This document shows positions 37,306 through 49,812 of a stretch of DNA of 64,000 nucleotides, piece by piece. The DNA comes from Guillardia theta CCMP2712 (Eukaryota > Protista > Cryptophyta), in contig NW_005434652.1 of assembly GCF_000315625.1 (NCBI RefSeq), positions 634,091 through 698,090 on the forward strand. The letters are read 5' to 3'. The translations under genes and the position numbers were made by a program. Positions within the stretch are counted from its first letter, which is position 1. Each line of letters opens with the position of its first letter. The notes beneath the pieces were generated by a model, which did no database searches, had not been told where the DNA came from, and saw only the letters and a program-made list of their open reading frames with translations.

Positions 37306-39680
37306 ATGCTGAGCGTCTTGCTGCTCCTCTCTCTGCTCCCCTTGAGCGACGAGACACGCGGAGCAGAGCCCTCCCCATGCTCAGCCTTGCTGCGCCTCCG
37401 AGGAGGAGGGAGCGATGCGTTGAAGGAGGTGAAGTCCGCCATGCAGTCTGGTTACGTGAGCTCGATGGTGTTCTCGGACGAGGATGAGGTGGTGTCAGAG
37501 GACATGTGAGGCCTCCTCTCTCTCAACTCTCACTCACTCGCCATCAGAGTGCCAGTGCAGGTGCTGCCTGTGGGGTACGAGAACAGCTCGAGCCTAGAGA
37601 GGGATCTAAGGTGTGCGAGGGGAGTAGGACAGTTTGGCAGACTGAAGCGCAGCCAGGGAGATGAAGGAGAACTTTCCTGATCTGACCGTGAGCAGAGGGC
37701 ATCCAAGAACAGGCACGAAGAAGTTCGAAGCTCTCTGCCTTCAGTATCTCAAAGTGTCTTGCCAGGAAGAGAGTACTTGGCAGCGATTCGAAGGGAGTAT
37801 GAGGAGTCCGACGCTGTGGAGGCGCAAGCCATCAGATCGCTCATTCTCGACAAAGGTAGTACATGCTTGTTGGTCGTGCATTGCGATCGCTCAGTTGACC
37901 ATGCGCTCTAGATGGATACATCCCCAAGGCGTTGTACGGGCAAGAGAGCGGAGCAGCGTCCAAGGAGGAAAACGAGTTGAGGTAGAGAGGGTTGTCGCCT
38001 GTAAAGCACCTTATGCGTCTTATGCAGCAATGGTGACTTCCCGAGTGTGAGTCAATTCTATCCAGGTGGTCAAGATGCCTCGACACCTCCCTCATGCTGT
38101 TAAATCTCTGCAGAACTCCGCAAACACAACCAAGTACCAAATGCCAAGGGCTCCAACAGCAGCAGCTCAGTTCAAGCCGGAGATGATGGTGATTTCGCCG
38201 TCAGACGTCTGAGAAGCGAAGGACAAGCTGTGAAGTGGGCAGAGGCTGAGGAGTTCCAACGAAGATGGAAGCGATTGGACTACAGGATTCATTTGGCTCG
38301 CACGCGACGAAACCTCGTGCCTGGGAACCTTTCAAGCCAAGTAGCGTGAGATTTGCTTGCTGCTAGCATGCTGATACGTCCAAGGTACTCCCCGTGCTGG
38401 AGGAACTCAACATCCGGCTTAGATGTGTCAGCAAAGAGAAGATAGTGATGATCGCTGGAGAGCTGTTCGAGCAGTTGATTCGAATGAGAGAATCGGTGAT
38501 GGAGTGGGAGATTGATATAAGAAGTGTCTTTCATCGTCTGCTTCATACTTGTTCCTTATGGCGTGTGAAGTTGCTAAAGCAACTGGCAGAAGCTGAAGCA
38601 GACAACTGTCACCCCTTGATCGAACGAGTCGCAGCATTTGACCTGGTCACGATTACTTTGAATTCGATGCTGAGAGGCAACGAGACAAGAACGTCGTTCG
38701 AGTCTCCCTGGATTCTTGACAGCATCGCTAAGACAAAAAGATCGACCAAGCAGCGCAAGTATCGCTCCTCAAGGAAGGAGCATGCGCTTCCGGGCATGAA
38801 GGATCTCTCAGCCTGTTGTTGGGATACTGAAGTGATCTGTCGCAACGCTAGTAAGAGTTGCTACAGCGCTGGCGGTTCTGACGGTTCTGACGGAGCTCCA
38901 GAAATTTCAGAAGGAGGTCGCATTGTGAAGATCGTGGGGGAAGGAACTGTCCTTGTCCAAGGTGGTCTGACTTTCTTCATCTGCCACTTAAATGTCTGCA
39001 GAGCCGCCAGAGCAACTCTCAGCAGAGAGGAGGATGGTTTTCATCTATGCCCAAGACATCCAAAGCAAAGACGCATTTGTCGGGGTCGTGAACCTCAAGG
39101 CTTGCAAGAGTCTTGGCGCCGATCGGTTGACCTTCCTCTCCCTCTCCCTCTCTCTCCCTCCCCCCGTTTGATCAGCTTGTTCAGTTACCTCCCGGAGATC
39201 GGGTACGGCGTGCGCGGCGGCAGCAGCAGGAACGGTCGGTTGAAGAGCACGCCGCAGGTGCGTGGAGGGGAGTGAGGGTGGGGCGAGCTCGCTCATGATG
39301 CCTTGCAGTACCTCAAGGGGTCTCGCACGGTGGAGCGCGACTTCTTCGTCTCAAACTTTCGGACGGGACAAGTGAGTGTCTCAACTTTTCATCTTCTGTA
39401 GTTGAGAAGCTTTCAAGATCATATGCTTGCTCCTTGACAAAAACACCAAAACTCTAGATTATTTCCTCGATGGAAAGTTCCAGGTCGTGGCAAAGTCTCC
39501 GATCTTTGCTCTGACTTCACTTTGCTGACCAGGGCACCGTGTTCAGCGACTTGCAGGTCGAACAGCTCAGGTTCGCAGTCTCAAACGGATGGTATACGAT
39601 GCTTGCCGTTCTCTTATGAATGACAATCGAAATCAGGCAGGGGTCAAGCGAATTTGCTGTAGTCGGCTGTTTCATGTAGA
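37306..39680 (+). CDS. Hypothetical multi-exon protein with signal peptide followed by LRLRGG
   Basis: Starts MLSVLLLLSLLPLSDETRGAEPSPCSALLRLRGG, with many short GT-AG introns and a 293-aa ORF at 38394-39275. End approximate. Confidence 0.6.
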
Positions 39681-39768
39681 ATAGAAAGAACTTAAGATGC
39701 TTGGAGTATAGTACAACAAGAAATGCTTGTAGCGTAGTACAACAATCCCTTGCCCGCGTTTGTTAGAT

Positions 39769-42700
39769 TCATTCTTGATGTGTCAAGAACTCCTCTGAGC
39801 GGGATGTCAGTGCAAGAACAAGACGACAGAAGCTCGGCTGACCGATAGTGGCGCGCAGCCCATGGTTCGGAATGATCTGCCACTCACCGTCAACGAGAGC
39901 ATGGTGAAGTGCGAAGGTTCAAGGAGTACTTGTTTCGATTTCAATCTCAAGTTGGTCAGAGGGTCGGTGTTGTGGTCCTGAACGAGTTTGATCTGCTTGT
40001 TCGCGAGCAAGCTGGAGTACCTGCAGCCATTGAACTATGGCGCTCTTCTCGTAGCTCAGGCCGGTCTCAGCCACAATGTGAGGGTCTCGCATGACCTCCT
40101 GCTCAAGCCTCGTCAACCCTCAGACTGGTTTCACTTGCCTCCCACCTGTGTGATGGGACATCGAAATCCATCCGGCACGTTTTGCTGTCACACGAATCTC
40201 TTGTCAATGATTTCGTCACTCAAGGCCTCTCTTGCCTTCAATGCCCTTCGCGCCTTGTCAAGTTTCTGCGCAAACGCTTTCGTTTTCCCCTCCTTCTTGT
40301 AGTCACGACCAGAAAGAAGCACAAAGTTCACACCATGAGTTCGATTTGCTTCAAGGAGATGTTGACCATGTCGCTTTCAAGAAGCATGTCGAGTATCTGT
40401 AGCGGACTTAAATCTGAGTTTCTCCTGCAGTCACCGTCAAGTATAGCAAGTCTTTGCAGTCACTCCAGGTGTTATACTTGACATCGTCTCTGTGTAGCGC
40501 ATTCTCCGCCATAAGCTGTCAGCACAACGTCAGAAGGGTGGGAGGTAAAAGGCACGACTACCTTCTCTTGCTGCAATTCCATCGAGGCATTGACAGCGAG
40601 CAGCTCTTCGATCCTCTCCTACGCAAACCATGATGAGATCACAGCCGTCAGTCAGGTGAAGTTCTGACTTGCAACGAGCGATGCGACACCTCAAGCTGAG
40701 AAGTCAGAGGTCAGAGGCGATGCTGAGAACCGCGCGAGAGACCTGCAGGTTTGAGCTTGTCAAGGAGTCGACCTGCACCAGGAGCTCAGCGGCAACAGCA
40801 CGTGACTCGTCTTGTCTTACTTGAGTCTCCAAACGTTCAATCTTGTCGTTTGCAACGGATTGTAACTCACTCAGTTGGACCTCAAGCATTCTGATTGTTT
40901 CAAAGAAGCTCTCGCTCTCTGCTCCATCCACTGATGCGACGCTTGCAAACTGTTTCATTTGATTCTCCAGCGATCTCTTCACCAAGTCGATGTCCAACTC
41001 ATGGGACTGGGGCTCTTCTCGGTTGTCCTTGGCTTCGAGAGGTAACAGAGCGTCGTCAGGGTATTGCATGAGATAGCCGACATTGCTTGTGTTTGCTGCC
41101 TTCAAGATGTTCTCTGACGCTTCTTCTAGCCGCGCGTTGTTCCCTTCAGCTACGCGATCGCTTCTAATTTCTATGCCAACGAAATCACCATAACCCAAGT
41201 CATGCTGGGAAAACAAGGCAGCGCGGTCAGCCAAGGGCTTTATAGTAGCTCCCAGCCCAACGACGTGCAGAGAGAGCTGCAAGGCAGGCGATCAAGTGTG
41301 GCAGGAGGAGGCAGGGAACGCACCTGGTCGGAGCTGAGGTCAAGTCTCGACGCGATCCTTCGCTGAGGTTCGTCACGCTCTCGCTCATCCCAACCGACAG
41401 CAGCATCGGATCCCCAATCAGCTCAGGCGGCAGTTCACCGCAAGTCGAGCTGTCTCGTCGGATTCTCACAAACTCCACGTATTGATGGGGCAGCTGAGCG
41501 CTGTAGTCGTCGCCCGCGACCTCCTCGGCTCGCAGGGTCACGCGGTCGGGATTGAAGGAGATGATCTCGTCAGAGTCCTGGCGCATCTTTCAGCTCCTCC
41601 CTCCCCTCCCTCATCTTTCTACCTGGAAAAAATGTAGAATGCGGTGATCGTGCACTGCTAGCAACCGCAGATCTCCTGCTCCTCGCACTGGAGCCATCTG
41701 CCGTAGTTTTCGCATTATGTCATCAAGACAGGTGTTGGTTGATAAAGTCACAGTGAACGCAAGCTCTCTGGTTGCTTTCGGGCCGTACCATGCGATAGTC
41801 GTATCTATGCTTTCTCGGTCTTTCAGCACTTGCATGTACAACATGTAAGGAGCCTTGTGGCTGAAGCCGAACTTCTCTCTGCCGAGACGCTGCCGAGCAA
41901 GAAGATGCAGGATGCTATTAGAGGTCCTGCCTTGAGTCTGTGCGCAAGAGTCATCCCATAGCAAGGTCGCTGCTGGGGAGTTTGTAGCCACATCATGGTC
42001 GCAGAGCAGCAAGCGAGTCCCTGCCTCTGAGGCTGCAGGAGAAGAGACTCTGATCGTGTCCAGGAGCTCAAGAAGAGGAGCCCTTGCCTCCATGGTAAGG
42101 AAGAAAGGTTCAAGCCTAAGATCGTTCGATCCTCTTGTGAGTTGCAGTTTCTGAAGCAGCAGGTGCACCTGTTGAGCATCGGTTCTCTGGCCTCGCAAGT
42201 AGAGCGTGCTGCCGTCATGCAAGCCTGAGAGTCTGACAGGCTTGGAGTCCATCAGAGGTTTCAGACCCCCGTCGGCTTCTCGCCAGCCAAAGATTTCATC
42301 CCCCCTTGACAACCTCCAACTCTGCATGACGTTTATGTACAAATCGCGTAGAAGTGTCTCGTCATGCACAGTGTAGCATCCTGCATACTTGAAAGATTTG
42401 AGAGATTCATCATGCACTTTGACAAACAATCTCTTCGATCTCTCTGACAGCAAGCTCTCTTGCTTCAAGAAGATCAATTGCAGGCTATCACCCGCATGTT
42501 CCAAGCAGTCTAAACCATGGTATAACTCTGCTGATGTAATTCTTGCACACCTTGAAATTCCATCTTTGCACCTGGCGTTGTACAACACAAACTGCTCTTT
42601 CTGAATCCATGTATGATCTTTCGACAATTGATCGACAACATCGATGAGTCGGCATCTAGCAGATACATTCCTTTGAGCGACAGTGGACGCATCAAACAAA

Positions 42701-43263
42701 TCAATTCCCAGGTGAGATTTCAAGTCGCTTTCAAAGATCGCACAGAGCTTGATGGTCTGCGTGTCTCTGACCTCAGAAATGACCTCGGGAATGGCATCAA
42801 CACGTCGGAAAACACCATGCACAATGATATTGCTGTCATTCATGTATCCTGCATGCACATCCTTCAACAAATCAAGAGTCATGAAAGTTTCAAACCCAAA
42901 TCTCCTTTGAGGAGACCCTCCAGTTTGCGAGAAATCAGCCACTTCATCCATACTGATTGAAAGGTTGTCATCTTTTTGGTTTCTTATGGTCAGTCGATAT
43001 TCAAACACATGCGCCTCTTGTGACAAGTCGCAAGCATCGCAAAACTCCACGAACAAGCCAACAACAGGAGTTCTCCTCATCTTCATCCCAGTCCCTGCAG
43101 AAACTTCTTCCTTCATCCTTGGTGCAAGAACTAAGCGGCAGTTCCTTCCGAATGCTTGAAACTCTCGACTATACACATCTGTTCGCGTTTCTTGTGCGGA
43201 CAAATTTTCAAAATTCCAGTTAATTGGATCTTGCAATGTCCAGTGAAATTCTGTTACCCCCAT
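39769..43263 (-). CDS. MATH + USP7-like C-terminal UBL domains + coiled coil + U-box protein
   Basis: MATH: EFHWTL..F....VYSREF..FG..CRLVL.P...GLFVE...RFGFETFM. USP7 C-terminal-like motifs follow. Spliced U-box VPDGFRCPITQEVMRDP..AETGLSYEKSAIVQWL.DHNTDPLTN...IIPNHGLRATI. The 5' end may extend toward the gap. Confidence 0.8.
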
Positions 43264-43585
43264 CTGGATTTTAGCGCTCGATACAGCGAAGAAAGTCTCA
43301 AGAAGGTGGAGATGTTGTGAGAATTGGAGAAGCAAGCGGGAAATGAGAGGGAGAGAGAACGATCTGGAAGGGGAGAGAGGCGAGAGAGAGTGATTGATTA
43401 GCTGGAGATCAGCAGCAGGGGAGAGGAGAAGAGGCAAGGGAGAGGGAGAGGGAGAGGGAGAGGGAGAGGGAGAGGGAGAGGGAGGAGGGAGGAGGGAGGA
43501 GGGAGGAGGGAGGAGGGAGGAGGGAGGAGGGAGGAGGGAGGGGAGGGGAGGGGAGGAGGGAGGAGGTAGGAGGAGGAGGAGGAGG

Positions 43586-43685
43586 NNNNNNNNNNNNNNN
43601 NNNNNNNNNNNNNNNNNNNNNNNNNNNNNNNNNNNNNNNNNNNNNNNNNNNNNNNNNNNNNNNNNNNNNNNNNNNNNNNNNNNNN
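43586..43685. other. Assembly gap (100 N)
   Basis: N run within GGA/GGGA repeats. Confidence 1.
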
Positions 43686-43990
43686 AGGAGGGGGAGGGAC
43701 GAGAGTGAGGCGTTTGCTGCAAAGCCGAGGGACTATATGGAAACTTCAGAACATCAACCGGACCTACTCACTGACAAGGCTCAAAACTTCCTCGAACTTG
43801 AAACATTGAAAGTTGCCGCGACAGAGGTCGAGCGTAAGCTCTCAAGATGAAGAAACATTATTTTACGTGGTCACGTACAAACTTAAAAACAAAATACACC
43901 TAGCTTTTCTGTCCCCGAGAGTTTTTCCACTTGTCTCTTTGTAATCCATCAGTCTTCACGCCAACCAAAATACATTCCACACCGCTAGTC

Positions 43991-46532
43991 CTAGAACCGT
44001 TGCTGCTGGTTCATGTATAAATGCCGTTGCAAAGGGTCCTGAGGCATAGCACTTTGAGGAGGGTAGAAGTAATACTGATCCATCCCGTATGGCACTGACG
44101 GGTCATTCATCATTCCAGGCTGAGGACCAGGAAGCACAGTTCCTTGCGCTAGCATATCGTAAGACTGACTTGTGTCTGGTCGACAGTTCGATGGAAACGG
44201 TTGCATGCTGTCATTCATCATTCCATTCAAACCGAGATTGCAGCTTGTTGGAAGATAACAGTCTTGCAAAGAACCGTCGCCTGTCGCAGTAGAAGGGGCT
44301 TCAAAGAGCCTGATTTTGTCTTCTTGACTCAACCCAATATCATCAGGATGGAAAGGCTTGTCCATGTCCTGGAGGGCCTGTGCAAAACTAGTCATGTTGT
44401 TGTTGATCATGTAGCTATAGTTGGAGCCATTGGAGCTTGGAGTTGGAGGGATCTGTGGAAATTCTGCTTGAGCTGTAGGAGAAGGTAGGGGAATTTCCAT
44501 CTGGGCTACCCGCAGATTAGTAAGATTGTCGGGTCTTGGTTGTTGCTGTCTGCTTCCAAGCTGATAAGGATTCTCTTGTCCAACCAAATGAGCACTCTGC
44601 ACTCTACGAGGTTGTGGAGTGAAGTTCGGAGGTAAAAATGAACCGTTTTCAGCTGCAATCAACGCTTTCCTCTCGCTCTCGGTGAAGATCGAAGCATCCA
44701 CATTCGCCGCAGAGTTTGGTGGATGGATACCATCCTTCGAGCTCTTCTGCATCAGGTATGATCAGAAGAGGTCACTGCAAAAGTCAAGTACCTCTGCTGC
44801 TACATTCCCCATGTTGCGATTCAGATTTGAGGCAGCTTCGACCAAAGGAGCAAATCTCCTTTCGAGGCATTTGCAGAGGAGATTAAGTTGGTGTCTTCCT
44901 TTTGGGGTCTTCTGCATGTCAGCGATACTAGTGTGAAAGTCCTCTTGATATGAGGCAAGCAACTCTCGCGCAGATCTATCATCGTCCATGTCGATAGACA
45001 TTGGTCTCGTCATTGCTGGATTTCGTAGCCTGGCTTGATCAAATTGCTCAGGTGTGACTAGCCTGAAGAAGTGCCGGATTTGTTCAAGTCTTCCCACACA
45101 GTCGAATTGTTTTTGAACGCTGTAGCATATCCTGCGTCGCAAAAAAAAAGAAAAAAGTAAAACGTCCATTCCCATTGATTGAAACAAGAAGAGAGTACTC
45201 ACAACGAACAGACAGAGTCATCGTTCCAATTCATTCTCCATCGAAGGTAACGAGAAATGGTTGCTTCCCTTGTTCTGAGTATTTCATCCATCAAATAGCA
45301 TAAGAACTCTATTTCCGACATGAGAAGTGGAATATCTCTCCTTGCTATGCGATCCAACATCACCTGAAGGACGAGGAATGAACAGAGCATCGGTCAGTAT
45401 CATGAGCAATGCAACCGTCACATTTCACCTCTTTGGTCATTCCAAACATCTCCGCAAGTTGGTTTGTGACATGAACGCCTTTACGTTTTTTCTTTATGGG
45501 ATCCCAGATCATGCGCATACATCCAGTGTCGACACTCTTCTCCCACATGTTGTTTTCCATCTGTTCGACTATGCTGCCACCCGAATACTCATGGCAAGTC
45601 ATGCTGACTTCCTGTTGAACAGGTGCCTAAAAATTAAGTGAACTGGTGATTACAGACTAACAAGCAGAAATATGTTCTTACTGCGCTCTTTCTTGCCAAA
45701 ATAATTGCATCGACTGCGGAGAGTCCAACCTTAATGACACGTTCAAGATCCTTTGGCAGTGACGAAAATATTCGAATCATCGATTCAGCCTCTAGCCCTG
45801 TTTCCCAATACCTTCATGACGAAAAGAAATTCAGAATCGCAAACTTGCTTTGACTTTCTTTTTTACCAGTGCAATATTGCAAAGGGCCATCCAAGCTCAT
45901 GCATTCTGACAGTAAGCGAACACTCGCTTGAAAAAGAAATCGCAGCATTCAAACTGTGCAATAGACAGAAGTCAAGTCACACTCTAAAGGTCCACAAGAT
46001 ACCTTGCACTTCTAGGGATTTGAGCAAAACTTTGTGCTGTAGAGTCTTGTTTATGAAGAACCGGAGCTCCTGCAATGGATTCTGCATACCCCGGAATTTC
46101 CTTTCTATTTCTCCCATAACGATCATTTGCTTGGGTGTAAGATTCTACGTATTCGTCTCGATCATCATAACGATCGGACTTCTGCCATTCTGAGCACAGT
46201 TCACTCTGTCCATTCCTAGCACAGCGTCCACATGGTCTGGCCTCGTCACACTTCAGCTTAGATTTTCTACAATTTTCGCAAGCTCTGGATACAAGTCTCC
46301 TTCTCTTCTTGCTTCCACCAGGGCCATCATTGTAATCCTGAGTATCAGAACCATCTAAAGTCCTTGATCCTGAATCACTATCAAAGGGAATATCTGCCGG
46401 GATTCCTGAAGAACTATGTGTCTGATCTGGTGATGTCGAGACTTGGATATCATTCACACTTTCCGGAAGCCAGTTGGCAGCGCCATCCAGCCCCATCTCA
46501 GGCAGTCCCCAGTCCGAGTAAATATTTGCCAT
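43991..46532 (-). CDS. Zn(II)2Cys6 (GAL4-type) transcription factor with possible PAS-like domain and P/Q/N-rich C-terminal activation region
   Basis: KRRRLVSRACENCRKSKLKCDEARPCGRCARNGQSELC, then downstream exons to a low-complexity C-terminal ORF at 43991-44752. The start may be further upstream. Confidence 0.85.
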
Positions 46533-48044
46533 GGGATCTATTTCAAAAAACTGTGCGTTGGTGTATGTTTGTCTGTTTACCTGAAGTGTTGGGGTTGGTG
46601 AGGTAAGATCTGATTTCTGCAGTTGCATTTGATTGGGTGACTATTGCGACTGCAATCTCACAGCGATGACAGACTTTCTGCCTACACTCGACGGCCATTC
46701 CTTGACCTGAACATGGCCTCGATGAAACGCTTGAGCGAACGATCCCTTCAGTGCCTAAAACTTGAAAGACAATCAGTAAGAGACGTTGGATATGAACAAA
46801 TGGCTTTCAAAAACTCTCCAACCAAACATAGATGTTGGTGTAACGATCTTGAAGGAAACAAAAGAGCAAATTCTACAAATAAAATCGAACATTTGCTTTC
46901 GAGGATTGAAAGAGAAATCTTTGACAAGGAGGGTTTACAATATTGGGCATGCAATATCATCATGTGTAACACAAGATGAGACGAGCTGTCGCCAGCAAGT
47001 GAGAATTGCATCGCATTCACGGGTCGAAGGGACTGAAGATACTCTGTCAGAGAGACAGGGTTAAAAAAAAGTGGAGCCTAAGAAGAAAGAGGGAAGACAA
47101 ACATTGAAAGAAACACAGGAATCCATTCATGAGGAGAGAGAGAGAGAGAGGAATAAGGAGGGAGGGAACGAGTCGACAGCCAAAAAGTGAACGCTCCAGG
47201 AGCAAGGAGCCATGAGAATGGTCTAGCGCGCAAGGATGGTGTGGAAGGGGTAGGGGTGGGTAAACTTTCAGTAAAATGGCAGGGGTGGGGGTAAAAGAGT
47301 TATACAAATGGGGTACTTCGAAGGGGAACTATGGGGTAGGGAATGAAGTTGTTGAAAATTGTGAGGGTGGGGTACTGTAAGATTTGTACAGGGGTACTTA
47401 TACATGTATTGTAATTTAAATATAGCAGTGGCAGTACTGAAAAGGTCATGGGTATTCCTAGGCGGTACTAGAGAAGTGGAGGGGGGGGGGAGGTGGTACT
47501 AGCGTAGTTGTATCGATGTAGATGGTTTATACCAGTGTTTTCAGTTAAAAATACTTATTACTTTTAAAAACTTAAGGTTGGCCAATCTGATACAATAACC
47601 CTACCCTCCTCCAAATTTCAAGAGCAGTAAAAGAACGGGGTACACACCCCTCAGCTACCTCTGTGGAGAGGGAACAGGAAGCGACCCTCTAAAAAAAAAA
47701 AGGTCTCGGGGATGGTTTATAAGTCAATTCCAGTACTGTAAGGAAAATCCCGGTATGAGATATCTACAAGGTATAGTACTATAGCATAAAAAACTTTTGC
47801 TTATAAAAAAGGCCGAAATAACTCCACTGGCTGTACCCCCACCCTACCTGGTGACCTTATCGTACACCTGGAATCTCTAGATCGCGCGAGGGTCTTTTTT
47901 AAAACCTTTTACTCACCACCGTACCCCCTGCCATCCCGGCTTTACGGTTTTACTACTAAAGCCCCCGGCCGGGCCCGTCCGGGCCTCCGAGTTGACTGCA
48001 CAACTGGAAATTGCCAAGTTGTCCCGAAATAGACTCCCCTTGAG

Positions 48045-49775
48045 ATGGCGAGAGGAGAGTGCGACGAGAGCGACGAGCGGCATGCTTTCGTCGTCTACAC
48101 CAGCTCTGTAAGGCTCTGCTCGACTTTTGATATCCCATATCTTTTGTTTCCTATTTAAGTTGCCTCCTTGTCTTGCCATGATCTCCCTTGTTCTGCAATA
48201 ATTGTATTCTGAAGGATTCGACATTCGCTGGCGGAGAGTTCAAGACAGCGGCAAAAGATAGAAAGAAGCTTGTATTTGGTGGCCTGGCTATCCTCCTCTG
48301 CATTCTTACTTTTGCGGGAGTCACAAACACATGGAAAGACAAAGAAGAAACTGCTAGCCGCGATGTACTAATGGCGTTTTTTCGAGCTCCTGAAGTCGAG
48401 TTAGCTGGAAAGGTATTGCGAGCGCAATCACCTGATTGTATTTTGAATCTTCCTCATGTTATTTATCAGGGATGGAAAGTCTCGCGAAGTCCGAAGCTCT
48501 CGAGCTCGAAGATCGGAGGACTTGCAGGGCTTGAAAATCGTTTCACCCGACAGGAATTAGTGGAGTTGGACAGTGTTAAACCTTTGCTGGACGCATCTGG
48601 GACAGAGAACCTTGCTGCAGTCACTGCTGCAGTTAGTCATAGAAAAGCTGGACAGAGTATCACATTGAAGGGTAGGTTATTTCCATTCTCGAGATTTTTT
48701 CGTGAGTGTTTGATTTCAGGTGTTCCTACTGAACTCACTTTAACGCTGCCCGAAGATATTACCTTGAAGAAGTATTCTAGTTCCCGTGGAATTCTTCCAA
48801 GTACAATGTTAGCAGGGAATTCTCGCAATGCCAGATCTCAAGCGCTCCTGGAATGGACCTACAAGAATGATGGTCCGTCTATTTGGGGGAAACCAATTGC
48901 CCAGGGGGATTGGAAGGCGTGTGCGTCTGGAAAAGAGCAATCACCAATTAACATTGTATTGTCAAATGTCAAGAGTGGTACAGATATGGCCCCACTTGAA
49001 TGGAAATGCGATGGCAAGCCATGCCAGGGGGATCAGAATGTTACCGTATCAACGAGCAAGGCCAAGATAGCATACGATGGCCATTTCCTCGAGTTGACAG
49101 ATTTTGCGGACGACAAGAATCCATCGGTCTTTTCTTTTGAAAGAGTGGTCTAATCATTCTTATGCATTTGCAGATGAAAATCGATGATGTAGAGTACAAA
49201 TTGACTGCCATTGATTTCCATACGCCATCCGAGCATGCAATTGATGGAGAGTTCTACGATATGGAAGTGCAGTTGAAGCATGTTTCTGATGACAACAAAA
49301 CAATGATTGTATCGGTTCTTTTCAAGCAGGTACCTTTTCTGTTTCCGTGATGATCAATATCTTGCTGATAGAATTTTATCAGGAAGCGGTGATGAGAGCC
49401 CGATGTGGCTCAGCGACATCGCTGATGTGATTCGACCGTGTCATCTCTCAACTGATAGGACGAAATGTCTTCTCTCAGGAACTCCGCACCATTTGACCAC
49501 AAAGTTTAGCTTCAAGGCAGTCGCAACTTCCATTTCTCTGGAACACTTCTACAGGTGATACAACTGCTGAGATGGCTAGGGTGATTTCCTTTAACCTGAC
49601 TTCAAGGTATACGGGTTCGCTCACTTCTCCTCCATGCACTGAAGGGGTTATGTGGAACATTCTGAAGTTCCCAATGGATATGTCCCAGGATGATTGGACA
49701 GTGATTGCAGCGCTCCAGGGCAAGAACAACAGACCTAGGCAAAGCATTCATGATAGGCTAGTGTACGTACAGTAA
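48045..49775 (+). CDS. Alpha-carbonic anhydrase-like protein with N-terminal transmembrane anchor
   Basis: WTY...GPSIWG, C.SGKEQSPINI, FHTPSEH, YTGSLTSPPCTEGVMW and NNRPRQ. TM segment LVFGGLAILLCILTFAGV. Confidence 0.9.
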
Positions 49776-49812
49776 AATATTGTTTCTTTCCCGAGCTCAA
49801 TCTTAGCAATGA

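Noticed and set aside
43264-43722. Pro/Ser-rich N-terminal extension of the 703-aa ORF
   Set aside because: It reads through GGA/GGGA microsatellite and an N gap; likely intron or intergenic sequence.
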